This document shows, one piece after another, positions 40,699-53,279 of a stretch of 64,000 nucleotides of DNA. Origin of the DNA: Octopus vulgaris (Eukaryota). The DNA lies in assembly GCA_951406725.2 (NCBI GenBank), contig OX597836.1, positions 19,406,001-19,470,000 of the forward strand, read 5' to 3'. Position numbers and translations under genes: made by a program. Within the stretch, counting starts at the first letter, position 1. Each line of letters starts with the position of its first letter. The notes under the pieces are model-generated. The model was not told where the DNA came from. It made no database searches and was given only the letters and a program-made list of their open reading frames with translations.

Positions 40699-41783
40699 TA
40701 TATATATATATATATATATGTCTATGTATATGTATGTATATACATATATATATGCGTGTGCGTGTATACATGCTCATTTTTTTCCCCTACTTCTCTATCA
40801 ACATAACTATCTTAGAAACTAGCTAATTGCAACTCAATCATTTTTAGTTTTTATAGTGTTTTGGATTTTAGATTTCTTAGTTTGTAAATTTAAGTTTAGG
40901 TTTTAAATTTAAATTTTAAATTTTAAATTTTAAATTTGAGTTTTAATTCTCAGTCCTTTATCTCACATCATTTAAGTGCTTACTAAGCTTGAAATACAAT
41001 TTTAAGTAACTGCACTAAACTATTGTCCTTATACTCTTACCTAGACCGGCATTCCACCCCCACTCAATTGAAACTTTAACACTTGACCTCTAACCTCCAT
41101 ACAATACTGACATTTCTAAATCCTTATCTTTACTTTTATTTTTTTTTTTATTTTTATTCTTATTTTTACCCTGTTACTTCTATTTTATTTTATTGTCATT
41201 CCCTTTCTCCTCTCTCCCCCTTTTTCCTCTCTCCCTTTCTCCCCTCTCCCATACATACTCACTCACAAAAACCCATTTATGATATATCTATCATTATCTT
41301 TTCCTTTCTTTTATTATTTTTATTGTTATTATTTTTATTCATTTTTATTTTATTTTATTCTTAGTTTTTTACCCTTTTACCACTGTCTTATCTTTTAACC
41401 CTTTCTCCTATCTCTCTTTATCTCTTTCTCTCCCTCCCCTGCTCTCTCTCTCATACACCCAATCACAAAACCCATTTATGTCCACCAAATTTTCTCATTC
41501 TATATACACATTTACAATATACACATTTATATCATTCACAGTACTGCCAAAATACTGACTGGATTTACCTGGGGTTTTAACTAAAACCTGTACCTTCATG
41601 GAAGTACCAACCAAATACATGCCCTCTGGAAAAAGACGTGTTCTGAACATTATTCACCTGCCTATATCCTTCTAACTACTTTTACTATGTCATTCCTTTA
41701 TTCTTCAATTTTATTCCTTATAAAACTGTGAATTTTATTCCTTGTAAACTGTAAATTTTCCCCATTTAAAGTATTTATCCTTT

Positions 41784-41859
41784 GTCTCTGGTGACAGAGC
41801 ACCCAGTGCATGGACATGCTAACCTACCACTTGGGTTATACCAGAAACGGCTGTAAGAC
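41784..41859 (+). ncRNA. Degenerate type I hammerhead-like motif
   Basis: gtct-CTGGTGA-...-GAAAC-GGCT-GTA-agac; core has an A>G change. Confidence 0.4.
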
Positions 41860-42090
41860 TTCAAATTCACCTTATCCTACTTAAATTATTCTAAATGCAC
41901 TGAGATATTCGTTCTGCCTTGGTTTTGATTTTTCCTCTAATACAATATATACCTGCTATAACACAACCCTAACACAGATCCCTAGATCCAGCCTTAGCTG
42001 TGATCTCTGGAACCTAATGGTCGACCAACTAGAGCACTTACCCAGTGTACCTATTCATTTAGATCACAAGTGAACTAAACCCTTTATATT

Positions 42091-42133
<43 letters not shown>

Positions 42134-42138
<5 letters not shown>

Positions 42139-42750
42139 ATGATGGTGGCTGCCCCCTTGTTATCGAGTATGGCCATTGCACAAAGCTTAACTGTTATTGG
42201 TGTTGTGATCGAATGTGACTTTTATTTGCTTTTTAAGGCTACAGCCAGTTATTCAGTTGAGACTCACAGCACTATCAACAATCATGAACAATGTTGCTAT
42301 CGTGCAATGCCTGTGCAAGAAGATTTTTTTCTAAAGTGAGGAAAGGCTGTGCACTGAGTCAATCCCACTCACTAAGCAACAGCAGCCATAATCCGAAAAG
42401 AAGAACAAGTCAACATCATCAGTAACCACTGAGCCGCAGGTTTTATGTCGGAGTTATCCCAGTTACCTGAGTTACCTTCTCCTAGAAGGATGCCCTAACA
42501 AAGGCTAGGAGTCCTTCACTCCCAATGGTTTAACCGTGTGATCGGGTATTCAGTCCGATTATTTCTATGTCCCCGTGCATGATACAGCCTTAAGCCTTAA
42601 AAAAAAAAATACACATTTATTGGATGGTCGCTGACTTTCAAGAGTTCCTCCGCCCTTTGACAGGTTTTGTTTTTCATCCTGCAGGGTGTCCAATAAACAC
42701 CCTCCTCACCAAGCAAGCTTGGTGGGGTTGCCGGTTTAGACGCCGACTGC
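42134..42750 (-). mobile_element. Possible non-autonomous retroposon / LINE UTR-derived repeat
   Basis: Non-coding, higher-GC block ending in (CAT)n on the minus strand; family not identified. Confidence 0.3.
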
Positions 42751-42865
42751 GAAGATGATCCGGTTCTTGACTGAAGATCGAAGGCTCCGAATGTCCCATC
42801 CGTTTTTTTGTATCGTCTTCTAAATGTTTTGCGTTCTTGTCCCAGTTTGTATTTTTCTACATTTA

Positions 42866-42905
<40 letters not shown>

Positions 42906-42911
<6 letters not shown>

Positions 42912-43023
42912 AAGGAGCTTCTACAGGACTAGAACTGTTTCATTCAAATGAAATCATCAGGAAGCTTCCTGATGATTTCATTTGAATGAAACAGTTCTAG
43001 TCCTGTAGAAGCTCCTTCTATAA
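42906..43023. ncRNA. Perfect 118-bp palindrome encoding a hammerhead-like motif on each strand
   Basis: 59-bp arms, no spacer; agcttc-CTGATGA-tttcatttgaat-GAAAC-ag(ttctagtc)ct-GTA-gaagct. Confidence 0.65.
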
Positions 43024-43095
43024 AATAAATTAATTTACTCTGCTATGTATTGAGTACCTTATTTACTGTGGTTAACCCCGACTCAACCCGGGACC

Positions 43096-43141
<46 letters not shown>

Positions 43142-43370
43142 ACAAGTTAAAAATAATGGTCATTACAGATTTTTCCTTTATTGGTGTAAATTTGGCTTCC
43201 AGCTGCTTCCAGTTATCATTATAGGTAGAATATTGATAGGTTGACTTAACTGGTCTATTGATCAGTTGAGAAAAATTGAGCAACCTAAAAAAATTAATGC
43301 TACTTTTGTCAGAGTAATTTCTGTGAACTTATGAAGTATTTTACCCAGATAGGTAATGCCTCACTATTAG

Positions 43371-43419
<49 letters not shown>

Positions 43420-43614
43420 AATAAATGAAAGAATGGAGTTGAACGACGAATTAACAAAATTCTTTCATTTATTTGTATTTAAAAAAACACACAAATTTCC
43501 ACACGATAGCACGTGAACTCTGCCCTAGGCATGTAGCTTCAACCGTGTTTTTCTGACGTGAATTTGCTACCCAGGTTAACCGAATTATCCATAATAAGAT
43601 AATTCATTCAACTA

Positions 43615-43663
<49 letters not shown>

Positions 43664-43806
43664 CTCTCGGAATGGTTGGCGTTAGGAAGAGCATCCAGCT
43701 GTAGAAACTCTGCCAGATCAGATTGGAGTCTGGTTCGCCAGACCTCAGTCAAATCGTCCAACCCATGCTAGCATGGAAAGCGGACGTTAAATGATGATGA
43801 TGATGA

Positions 43807-43850
<44 letters not shown>

Positions 43851-44745
43851 CAACTTCGGTAGTAGTTAAATATTATTTTTAAGGCTACTATTTACTCACA
43901 TGCACCATCTTTCAGAGCTTGTTGCTAAATCAGTTCTTAACCAAATTGAAAACTGTTAACATTTTTTAAGAGGATTGCTACATTTTGGCATAAAAAAAAA
44001 TTGAGATTTTATTCAGTAGAAAAAGTTTACATCAAAATTTGCAGCAACATTATAGGAGAATAAGTAACGCCACCAATCAAGTTTAGTTCTGAATAACTTT
44101 TTTTTATTTCAAAAGCAAAATATATTTATCTTAGCTTCAATAATAGAAGAAAGCATGAAGAGTTTCATAGTTTTGTTCCCATGCAGCAAAAGTTTGTATC
44201 AAAAAAGTTTTGAGGTAAAATATCACGAAAAAAATATAAGGCAAAAAATTGGATTTAAATATAATTAACTTCTTTAATTCAAAAACAAACTATATTTTAA
44301 TTAAGCTTAAATGCTAGAGCTCAATTTGAGGAATTTCATGGTATCAATCTCATGCAATGAAGTTTTAAAAGAAAAATGTTATGAGTGTTTGTTTCTCAAA
44401 TTTGAGGGTGATAATATAGTTCAATACTTTTTTATGAATATAGCTCTAGGGGACTTTTTAATATCACTGAAGTAAGGAAAAAATTATCAATGACACCACT
44501 AATCGACACATTTGACACATTATTAATTAGCATAATAGCATAGCCTGGGGATTACATGGAAAAATGCGAGCAAGAGAAATAATATTCTTAAGATTATAAA
44601 CCTGGAAAAGTCAAGGACAAGTTATTACACTTGGAAAAGTTCAGGACAACTTATTACATCTGGTAAAGTACAGAACAAGAAAATTTTTACTTAAAATATT
44701 GCAGCTAAGGATAAAATTTGAATATTAAAAATAATTTGATTTTAA

Positions 44746-44965
44746 CCCTTTAGTGTTTAAACCGGCCCTATCCGGCCAAAATATTCTACCTATTTTATGT
44801 TCAAACTAGTCAGATATGGTCATTCATTGCTACCTTATTGTGTCATTTTAAAAATAAACAATCACATCATTGAAAACTCAAAGTCATGAAATGATGCAAG
44901 ATTAATTTTACATGGTGTGAATATATAAGCTTTACATTTGACAGAATAATCTGAATGCTACAGGG
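44746..44965. mobile_element. piggyBac-type MITE, 220 bp
   Basis: TTAA|CCCTTTAG...CTACAGGG|TTAA. Confidence 0.75.
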
Positions 44966-45515
44966 TTAATTTACAAAGTAACATTATAATTAAAAGAGGT
45001 ACCATCATTTTGTTAAGATATTGACACACTAGAATGCTTAGAAAACGAGAGCCAGAAATATCAATATAGCTAAAGTTTTATGCAAAGTAGAATAGTATAT
45101 ATGGTAGGCAAATTCATTGTGTAAAAATAGGCATTGGGTCAAGACTAAAAATGTGAAGACTTGGCAATAACTTTTGTACCATTCAAAACTTTTTCTTCTT
45201 TACAAACAATACACAATGCTTCAAGTGAACTACAATACTCTCCTATTACATAAATTATTTTATCTATAATTGCATAAATAAATTATGAATAAATGATCCA
45301 GCAGCAGCTGTTTACTGGTACTTCATCAGGTAGGTTGCTTTGAAAACGATGCGTTCAAAGCAATCTACCTGATGAAGTACCAGTACACAACTCCCGATGG
45401 ATCATATTTATTTACGTAATTATTTATAAAAGAATTTATATAATGGTATGAAACAGAAAACTCAGCAACCAACAGTTGTTATCACTGCACAGAAACAACT
45501 GTATTTTGTAATTAA

Positions 45516-45735
45516 CCCTTTAGTGTTTAAACCGGCCATACCAGGCCAAAATTGCCTTCCTGTTATATGCTCAAACCAGCCAGCTCTGACCTCTCACACC
45601 AACCCTACAAAGTCATTCCAAAAATAAACAGGGACATCATCAAAATCTCAGAGTTACAAGATGCTGTGCAATTAATTTAAAACAATGTGATTAAACAGGC
45701 TTTACATTTGACAGAGTAATCTGTATGCTAAAGGT
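45516..45735. mobile_element. piggyBac-type MITE, second 220-bp copy
   Basis: TTAA|CCCTTTAG...CTAAAGGT|TTAA, collinear with 44746-44965. Confidence 0.75.
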
Positions 45736-45899
45736 TTAAAGCCTATTTATTCCATCTTGCAGGGCCTTGCTGATTGGATGAGGTAGATGTGTGGAAGGGT
45801 AGCTTTCATTGCTCTCTTCTGCTTAGTGACTGCTGATGTGGGTATGTGCCTCTACTCCATCTTCTTGCATAAATTTTTATATAAATTCTATACACAAAT

Positions 45900-46071
45900 A
45901 GGTGCAGTAGTGGCTGTGTGGTTAGTAGCTTGTTTACCAACCACATGGTTCCGGGTTCAGTCCCACTGCGTGGCACCTTGGGCAAGTGTCTTCTACTATA
46001 GCCTCGGGCCGACCAAAGCCTTGTGAGTGGATTTGGTAGACGGAAACTGAAAGAAACCTGTCGTATATATG

Positions 46072-46113
<42 letters not shown>

Positions 46114-46337
46114 TGTGTGTGTTTGTGTGTCTGTGTTTGTCCCCCCTAGCATTGCTTGACAACTGATGCTGGTGTGTTTATGTCCCTGTTACTTAGTGAT
46201 TCGGCAATAGAGACCGATAGAATAAGTACTGGGCTTACAAAAGAATAAGTCCCAGGGTCGAGTTGCTCGATTAAAAAGGCTGTGCTCCAGCATGGCCGCA
46301 GTCAAATGACTGAAACAAGTAAAAGAGTAAAAGAGTC
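45900..46337 (+). mobile_element. SINE family A full-length copy
   Basis: Head, internal (TA)n and tail. Confidence 0.85.
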
Positions 46338-46759
46338 AAGCGTAAACGAAGTTCCACATGTATACCCAGTATAAGGAATAACTCTTCCGTAAGACGGTAC
46401 ATGGGAGCCGATAACTCTGTAGAAGCTTTTTAAATGTATGTTATGAGGTTATAACCCAAATAATACTGAATATATACATGTGTGTGTGTATGTGAGTGTA
46501 CATACATAAAACCAGGCGTCTCTCAGTTTCCATCTACCAAAACCACCCGCAAGGTTTTGGTCAGCCCAAGGTGTCACGCGCTGTGACTGAACCCAAAACC
46601 AGGTGGTTGGGCAGCAAGCTTTCTTAACCACTCAACCATGCCAAGAAGAAACTGTGACATAGTGTGTAAATACAGAATGGAGTGTGAATGGGAAGAGGTG
46701 AGGTGAGTAGTGGGGAATTAGATTTGGTAATTACTCTAAGGTAATTAACTAACAATCAT

Positions 46760-47370
46760 GGTAGGAGAGAGAACCTGTGGCAGAAGGGAGAGATATACGA
46801 CATAGATGGGCTGAGTGAGTTAAAGGGTGCGGAAAGAAATTAGAAAAGGGGAGAAAGAGTAGGAGTAGATGAGAAAGAGAAAGGAGGAACAGGAGGAAAA
46901 GCACATATGGTAAAGAGAGGGGAACAGAGTGAGAAAGAAAGTAAGGGGGAGGGGGGAGAAAGAGAAAAACTAAGATAAAATGGTGAGAGGAGGAAAGAGG
47001 ATAGGAGTAAGGGAGTAATGGGAACAAAGAGAGGGAGAAGATGGGAATAAAGTGAAAGAGAGAGAGAGTGAGAGAGCGAGAAAGAGTAAAGGATGGTGAA
47101 AGGGAAGATGGGGAGAGAGTGGAACGAGCGATTTAGGTGAAGACGAAGGTATTGTATGGAGAAAAAGATAGTAATTAAGGAAAAAATTGAGACTGAGAGA
47201 ATGAAAGAAATTGAAAGAGAAATTGAGAGATAGCTAAGAAGAAAGAGATAGTATGAAAGAAGGAGATAGAAACATGAAAGGAAAGAGTGAAAGGGAGTGA
47301 GAGAGAAAAGGGAAGAGAGAGAAGATAAAAAATAAGGGAAAAGAATAATCAACAGATGCAACATGAGAGA
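46760..47370. repeat. Purine-rich (GA) low-complexity tract
   Basis: Direct reading. Confidence 0.85.
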
Positions 47371-48154
47371 TGATCATGATGATAGTGATGGTGATGGTGG
47401 TGATATTTTTCATGACGATTGTGGTAGTGGTAGTGGTGGTTTTGCCTTTCATCCTTTCGGGGTCGATAAATTAAGTACCAGTTACGCACTGGGGTCGATG
47501 GAATCGACTTAATACCTATGTCTGTCCTTGTTTGTCCTCTCTATGTTTAGCCCCTTGTGGGTAATAAAGAAATAGGTATTAATCATGGTGGTAGTAGCAA
47601 TGGTATTATTTATGATGATGATGATGATGATGATGGCAATAATGACGACGGTGTTGTGGTGGTGGTGGGCATGGCAGTGCTATTCATAATAATGATGCTG
47701 ATGATGATGATGGTGTTGCCGTTCATGGTAATGATTATATTAATAATGATGATTGATTATAAAATGTATTCCTTTCTGTTGTTCAGCATTCCACAAGCAA
47801 TCTCTCAGTATTTTTTTTTATGTTTTTTTTTTTACTTTTTCATGCTTTTCTTTCTTTTTTTTTCTTCTTTTCCTTCATTTGTTGATTATTTTTTTTTTTT
47901 CTCTTTCTTTTTAACAAAAAATTTGTCAAATATTTTTCCAAGCTAAAAATCTTCAAATTTCACACCAACTCTCAACTCTATATTATGTAAAACAGACCTA
48001 ACAAGGCAGCTAAGCTTTGGTAAGAGCAATTTATACTGAGTTATTATATGACCAGTTTGTTTATTTTTTCTTTCATTTTTTTTCTTTTTTGATTGATTTT
48101 ATTTTTGTGCTTCAAAGGAAGAAGAAAAACAAGAAAAGCAGGAAAACATTTTGC

Positions 48155-48297
48155 CTTCTTCTTCTTCTTCTTCTTCTTCTTCTTCTTCTTCTTCTTCTTC
48201 TTCCCTCTTCTTCTTCTTCTTCTTCTTCTTCTTCTTCTTCTTCTTCTTCTTCTTCTTCTTCTTCTTCTTCTTCTTCTTCTTCTTCTTCTCCTCTTCT

Positions 48298-48329
<32 letters not shown>

Positions 48330-48603
48330 TTCTTCTTCTTCTTCTTCTTCTTCTTCTTCTTCTTCTTCTTCTTCTTCTTCTCTTCTTCTTCTCTTTCTTC
48401 TTCTTCTCTTTCTTCTTCTTCTCCTCCTTCTTCTTCTTCCCTCTTCTTTTTCTTTTTCTTCTTCTTCTTCTTCTTCTTTCTTCTTCTTCTTCTTCTTCTT
48501 CTTCTTCTTCTTCTTCTTCTTCTTCTTCTTCTTCTTCTTCTTCTTCTTCTTCTTCCACTTCTTCTTCTTCTTCTTTTTCTTCTTCCTCTTCTTTTCTTCT
48601 TCT

Positions 48604-48650
<47 letters not shown>

Positions 48651-48800
48651 TTCTTCTTCTTCTTCTTCTTCTTCTTCTTCTTCTTCTTCTTCTTCTTCTT
48701 CTTCTTCTTCTTCTTCTTCTTCTTCTTCTTCTTCTTCTTCTTCTTCTTCTTCTTCTTCTTCTTCTTCTTCTTCTTCTTCTTCTTCTTCTTCTTCTTCTTC
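48155..48800. repeat. (TTC)n/(GAA)n trinucleotide tract, about 650 bp
   Basis: Direct reading; few interruptions. Confidence 0.97.
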
Positions 48801-49009
48801 AATTTCCCCTTTTTTTAATTTTTATTTTCCTAAAATTTTCGTTGCGTCTTGCAACCTTTTCAGTAATCAAAACTATTGAAAAGGTCGCAAGATGCAACGA
48901 AAATTTTAGGAAAATAAAAATAAGGAATGAGTGGAAATTTTATCGGTGAGTGTGTTAAATTATAAGGCATAAAAAGAAAATGACTCTCCCCAGACACAAC
49001 AGAACAATG

Positions 49010-49285
49010 TCAATTGCATCCCCAAAACTGGGGTCATCACCTTCTCTGTTGGTGAAACAACCTTGGCCTTCTTTGGAGCAGGTGGGGTTGGATGTTTCCA
49101 CTGCATGGATTGGTTTCTTTGTCTTTGGCTCAAAGTTGGGAACCCAGCACTCATCCTGGATGAGTCAGATTTTCCCATGATATGATCAGCCTGGTGCACT
49201 TATGGTCAGATGTTCAGAAGATGTGGCACCAACCAAGCAAAAACTTCTATCAGATAGTTGGAAAGTTATTAATGAGAGTATGTAG
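49010..49285 (-). mobile_element. Mariner transposase catalytic-domain remnant
   Basis: QDECWV...QSMQWKHPTPPAPKKAKVVSPTEKVMTPV (SMQW...PKK motif). Confidence 0.75.
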
Positions 49286-49607
49286 ATCATCATCATCGTT
49301 TAACGTCCGCTTTCCATGCTAGCATGGGTTGGACGATTTGACTGAGGTCTGGCGAACCAGATGGCTGCACCAGGCCAGTCAGATCTGGCAGTGTTTCTAC
49401 AGCTGGATGCCCTTCATAAAGCCAACCACTCCGTGAGTGTAGTGGGTGATTTTTATGTGCCACCGACACAGGTGCCAGACGAGGCTGGCGAACGGCCACG
49501 CTCGGATGGTGTTTTTTATGTGCCACCGACACAGGTACCAGACGAGGCTGGCGAACGGCCATGCTCGGATGGTGTTTTTTATGTGCCACCGACACAGGTG
49601 CCAGACG
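49286..49607 (-). mobile_element. Family B copy with internal about 63-bp tandem repeats
   Basis: ttttatgtgccaccgacacagg..ccagacga three times. Confidence 0.85.
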
Positions 49608-49654
49608 AAATAGAAATGCTAATATAACAGGAAAATAAGAAAATTATACACTCT

Positions 49655-50050
49655 CTTTTTACTCTTACTCTTTTACTTGATTCAGTCATTTTTGACTGTA
49701 GCCATGCTGGAGCACCGCCTTTAGTCGACCAAATCGACCCCAGGACTTATACTTTGTAAGCCCAGTACTTATTCTATCGGTCTCTTTTGCCGAACCGCTA
49801 AGTTTCGGGGACGTTAACACACCAGCATTGGTTGTCAAGCGATGTTGGGGGGGACAAACACAGACACACATATATATATATATGTACTTATATACGATGG
49901 GCTTCTTTCATCTACCAAATCCACTCACAAGGTTTTGGTCGGCCCGAGGCTATAGTAGAAGACACTTGCCCAAGGTGCCACGCAGTGGGACTGAACCCGG
50001 AACCATGTGGTTCGTAAGCAAGCTACTTACCACACAGCCACTCCTATGCC
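49655..50050 (-). mobile_element. SINE family A copy
   Basis: Family similarity. Confidence 0.85.
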
Positions 50051-50347
50051 TGTACAATACGTTATTGTCAATGACCCAGTAATTATTCTTTATTATGTTA
50101 TTTTCTACAACAAATATCCTGTTTAATTTCACGGTTGTTGTACATGCCTTCAAGGCTACCAAAATATATGCATGTCTACACATGGGTACATGACCTTACA
50201 ATCAGGTTACATATAATTTCTAAAGGCTTTCAAAGCACAGCAACATTAGGTTATGCTAAAGCTGCACATTCATGACATATTTAACACATTCTGTGCAAAA
50301 GCTACAAACATACATTATAAATATTATTAACCTCATTCATTAAGACT

Positions 50348-50731
50348 GGGAAGCACTCCGTCGGTTACGACGACGAGGGTTCCGGTTGATCCGATCAACG
50401 GAACAGCCTGCTCGTGAAATTAATGTGTAAGTGGCTGAGCACTCCACAGACACGTGCACCCTTAACGTAGTTCTCGGGGATATTCAGCGTGACACAGGGA
50501 GTGACAAGGCCGGCCCTTTGAAATACAGGTACAGCAGAAACAGGAAGTAAGAGTGAGAGAAAGTTGTGGTGAAAGAGTACAGCAGGGATCACCACCATCC
50601 CCTGCCGGAGCGTCGTGGAGCTTTTAGGTGTTTTCGCTCAATAAACACACACAACGCCCGGTCTGGGAATCGAAACCGCGATCCTATGACCGCGAGTCCG
50701 CTGCCCTAACCACTGGGCCATTGCGCCTCCG
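50348..50731 (-). mobile_element. SINE family E full-length copy
   Basis: Head ggaggcgcaatggcccagtggttagg at the right end; inverse of 51902-52286. Confidence 0.85.
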
Positions 50732-50905
50732 ACTCATTAAGACTACAAACTGCCAGAAACATTGATGTATGGGACAAAATGCTTTGAGGCATTTCTGCCA
50801 GCTTAACATTCTGAGTTCAAATGCTGCTCACATTGACTTGCTTTTCATCCTTTCAAGGTTGATAAAATAGGTACCAGTTGAGCACAGGGGTGCAATGTAA
50901 TCAAT

Positions 50906-51844
50906 TAACCCCCTCCCTACCCAAAATCTAAGGTTTTGTGCCAGGGCCATCTAAGTAGGTTTATAGCCACCCCTTTCAAATCAATACACCCGGGCCCTAT
51001 AGTACTTATTAAAAATTAAGGCTAACATGGTTGAGTGAACTAACCCCCTCCCTACCCAAAATCTAAGGTTTTGTGCCAGGGCCATCTTAGTAGGTTTATA
51101 GCCACCCCTTTCAAATCAATACACTGGGCCCTATAGTACTTATTAAAAATTAAGGCTAACATGGTTGAGTGAACTAACCCCCTCCCTACCCAAAATCTAA
51201 GGTTTTGTGCTAGGGCCATCTTAGCAGTTTTATAGCCACCCCTTTCAAATCAATACACTGGGCCCTATAGTACTTATTAAAAATTAAGGCTGACATGGTT
51301 GAGTGAACTAACCCCCTCCCTACCCAAAATCTAAGGTTTTGTGCCAGGGCCATCTTAGTAGGTTTATAGCCACCCCTTTCAAATCAATACACTGGGCCCT
51401 ATAGTACTTATTAAAAATTAAGGCTAACATGGTTGAGTGAACTAACCCCCTCCCTACCCAAAATCTAAGGTTTTGTGCCAGGGCCATCTTAGTAGGTTTA
51501 TAGCCACCCCTTTCAAATCAATACACTGGGCCCTATAGTACTTATTAAAAATTAAGGCTAACATGGTTGAGTGAACTAACCCCCTCCCTACCCAAAATCT
51601 AAGGTTTTGTGCCAGGGCCATCTTAGTAGGTTTATAGCCACCCCTTTCAAATCAATACACTGGGCCCTATAGTACTTATTAAAAATTAAGGCTGACATGG
51701 TTGAGTGAACTAACCCCCTCCCTACCCAAAATCTAAGGTTTTGTGCCAGGGCCATCTTAGTAGGTTTATAGCCACCACTTTCAAATCAATACACTGGGCC
51801 CTATAGTACTTATTAAAAATTACGGCTGACATGGTTGAGTGAAC
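50906..51844. repeat. Tandem array, 7 x 134 bp
   Basis: Units start at 50906, 51041, 51175, 51309, 51443, 51577 and 51711; near-identical. Confidence 0.97.
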
Positions 51845-51901
51845 AGATCTAGTGACAGTCCCAAAATAAGGGTCTCTAAATTTAATCTCTCAAGTGGTAG
51901 A

Positions 51902-52286
51902 GTGGAGGCGCAATGGCCCAGTGGTTAGGGCAGCGGACTCGCGGTCGTAGGATCGCGGCTTTGACTCCCAGACTGGGCATTGTGAGTGTTTATTGAGCGA
52001 AAACACCTAAAGCTTCACGAGGCTCCTGCAGGGGATGGTGGTGATCCCTGCTGTACTCTTTCACCACAACTTTCTCTCACTCTTTCTTCCTGTTTCTGTT
52101 ATACCTGTATTTCAAAGGGCCAGCCTTGTCACACTCTGTGTTACGCTGAATCTCAGCCTCGAGAACTACGTTAAGGGTACACGTGTCTGTGGAGTACTCA
52201 GCCACTTGCACGTTAATTCCACAAGCAAGCTGTTCCGTTGATCGTATCAGCAGGGACCCTCATCGTCGTAACCGACGGAGTGCTCC
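51902..52286 (+). mobile_element. SINE family E full-length copy
   Basis: tRNA-like head and same body as 50348-50731. Confidence 0.85.
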
Positions 52287-52489
52287 TAAAAGAAAGAGTG
52301 GACAGGAATTGTTTCTCTGTAGTTCAATGGCTGAATGGTTCCGATTTGTAATTATGTAGGTAGGCATCAAATTTGTTCTCTGCTAAATTTGTGCCTTAGT
52401 GTCATACGAAAAAAAGTCATGATTTTGTCCAAAGTATAGGTTGTCAAGCAATAGAATGAGTTTGTGTGAATAGTTGTTGATGAATGTAA

Positions 52490-52860
52490 TTTGTTAAAGC
52501 TTATTCAGTCTTGGTTTGTAGTTTTGTATGAATGTATTTTCTTTGTTTGATCTGTGATATTGACTCAAAAAGGTAAAGTGGAAAGACTTGGAATTTGGGA
52601 GACTTATTTTTAGCACTTATGTCTATTTGTTTGCTTAGTATCATCTGTCTAGTGGTGGGGGTCTCGTATTTTTGTCAATGAATAGTTAGTCTATTTCTAA
52701 GAATGAGTTTTGTTTGAACTATATAATCCTTGTTACATCCTTTACATTTAATAGCATATATCAAATTTTTTTATGAAAAGGTAAAATGATTTTGTTATGG
52801 TAAAAATGTGTCCTGATTTTAAATTTATAATGATTGTTCTGTCTTCAATGAGGTTAATGC
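52490..52860 (-). mobile_element. Decayed Penelope-like GIY-YIG C-terminal remnant
   Basis: LRNRLTIH*Q../..TRQMILSKQIDISAKNKSPKFQVFP...PRLN across frameshifts. Confidence 0.45.
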
Positions 52861-52879
52861 AAGACCCTCAATTAGGGTA

Positions 52880-53120
52880 GCCTGACGACCATGACTTTGA
52901 GACTCAGTCTCAACTCATGGCTCGCCACTTCATCCTACGTGGATATCGCCCCACCACTATCCACACCGCCCTTGCCAGTGCATCTGCTCCCCCCCCCACA
53001 AACCTGCCCTGCCGTCTCCCGCCTCCCTTTTCCCCTCACCTACCACCCCACCACCCTACCTCTCCAATGCACCATTCTCCGAGCTTTCCGGCGTCTCAAG
53101 TCCGACCTCCTCCACTTCAC
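52880..53120 (+). mobile_element. Penelope-like RT C-terminal (thumb) remnant
   Basis: DDHDFETQSQLMARHFILRGYRPTTIHTAL and RLPFPLTYHP. Confidence 0.65.
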
Positions 53121-53279
53121 ACATCATTTTCATTTTTTAAGGTTTGATAAAACAGAGTATCAGTCATATACTGGGATTGATAATATCAACTGACTGCCTT
53201 CTTTTAAAATTGCTGGCTTTGAGCTCAAATCAGAAACAGAAACAATTATTGTTGTTGTTGTTGTTATTTTTCAGCAAGC

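Noticed and set aside
42765-42800. CTGAAGA...GAA hammerhead-like motif
   Set aside because: GAAAC and stems I/III are not recoverable; too degenerate to call.
48017-48949. Poly-L/S/F/K/E/R ORFs of 150-310 aa
   Set aside because: Frames of the (TTC)n tract.
50906-51844. CRISPR-like array
   Set aside because: Units are wholly repeated with no unique spacers; no cas genes; eukaryotic context.
51902-51980. tRNA gene
   Set aside because: The tRNA-like sequence continues into a SINE body and recurs as a dispersed repeat; the same applies to the A, C and D heads.
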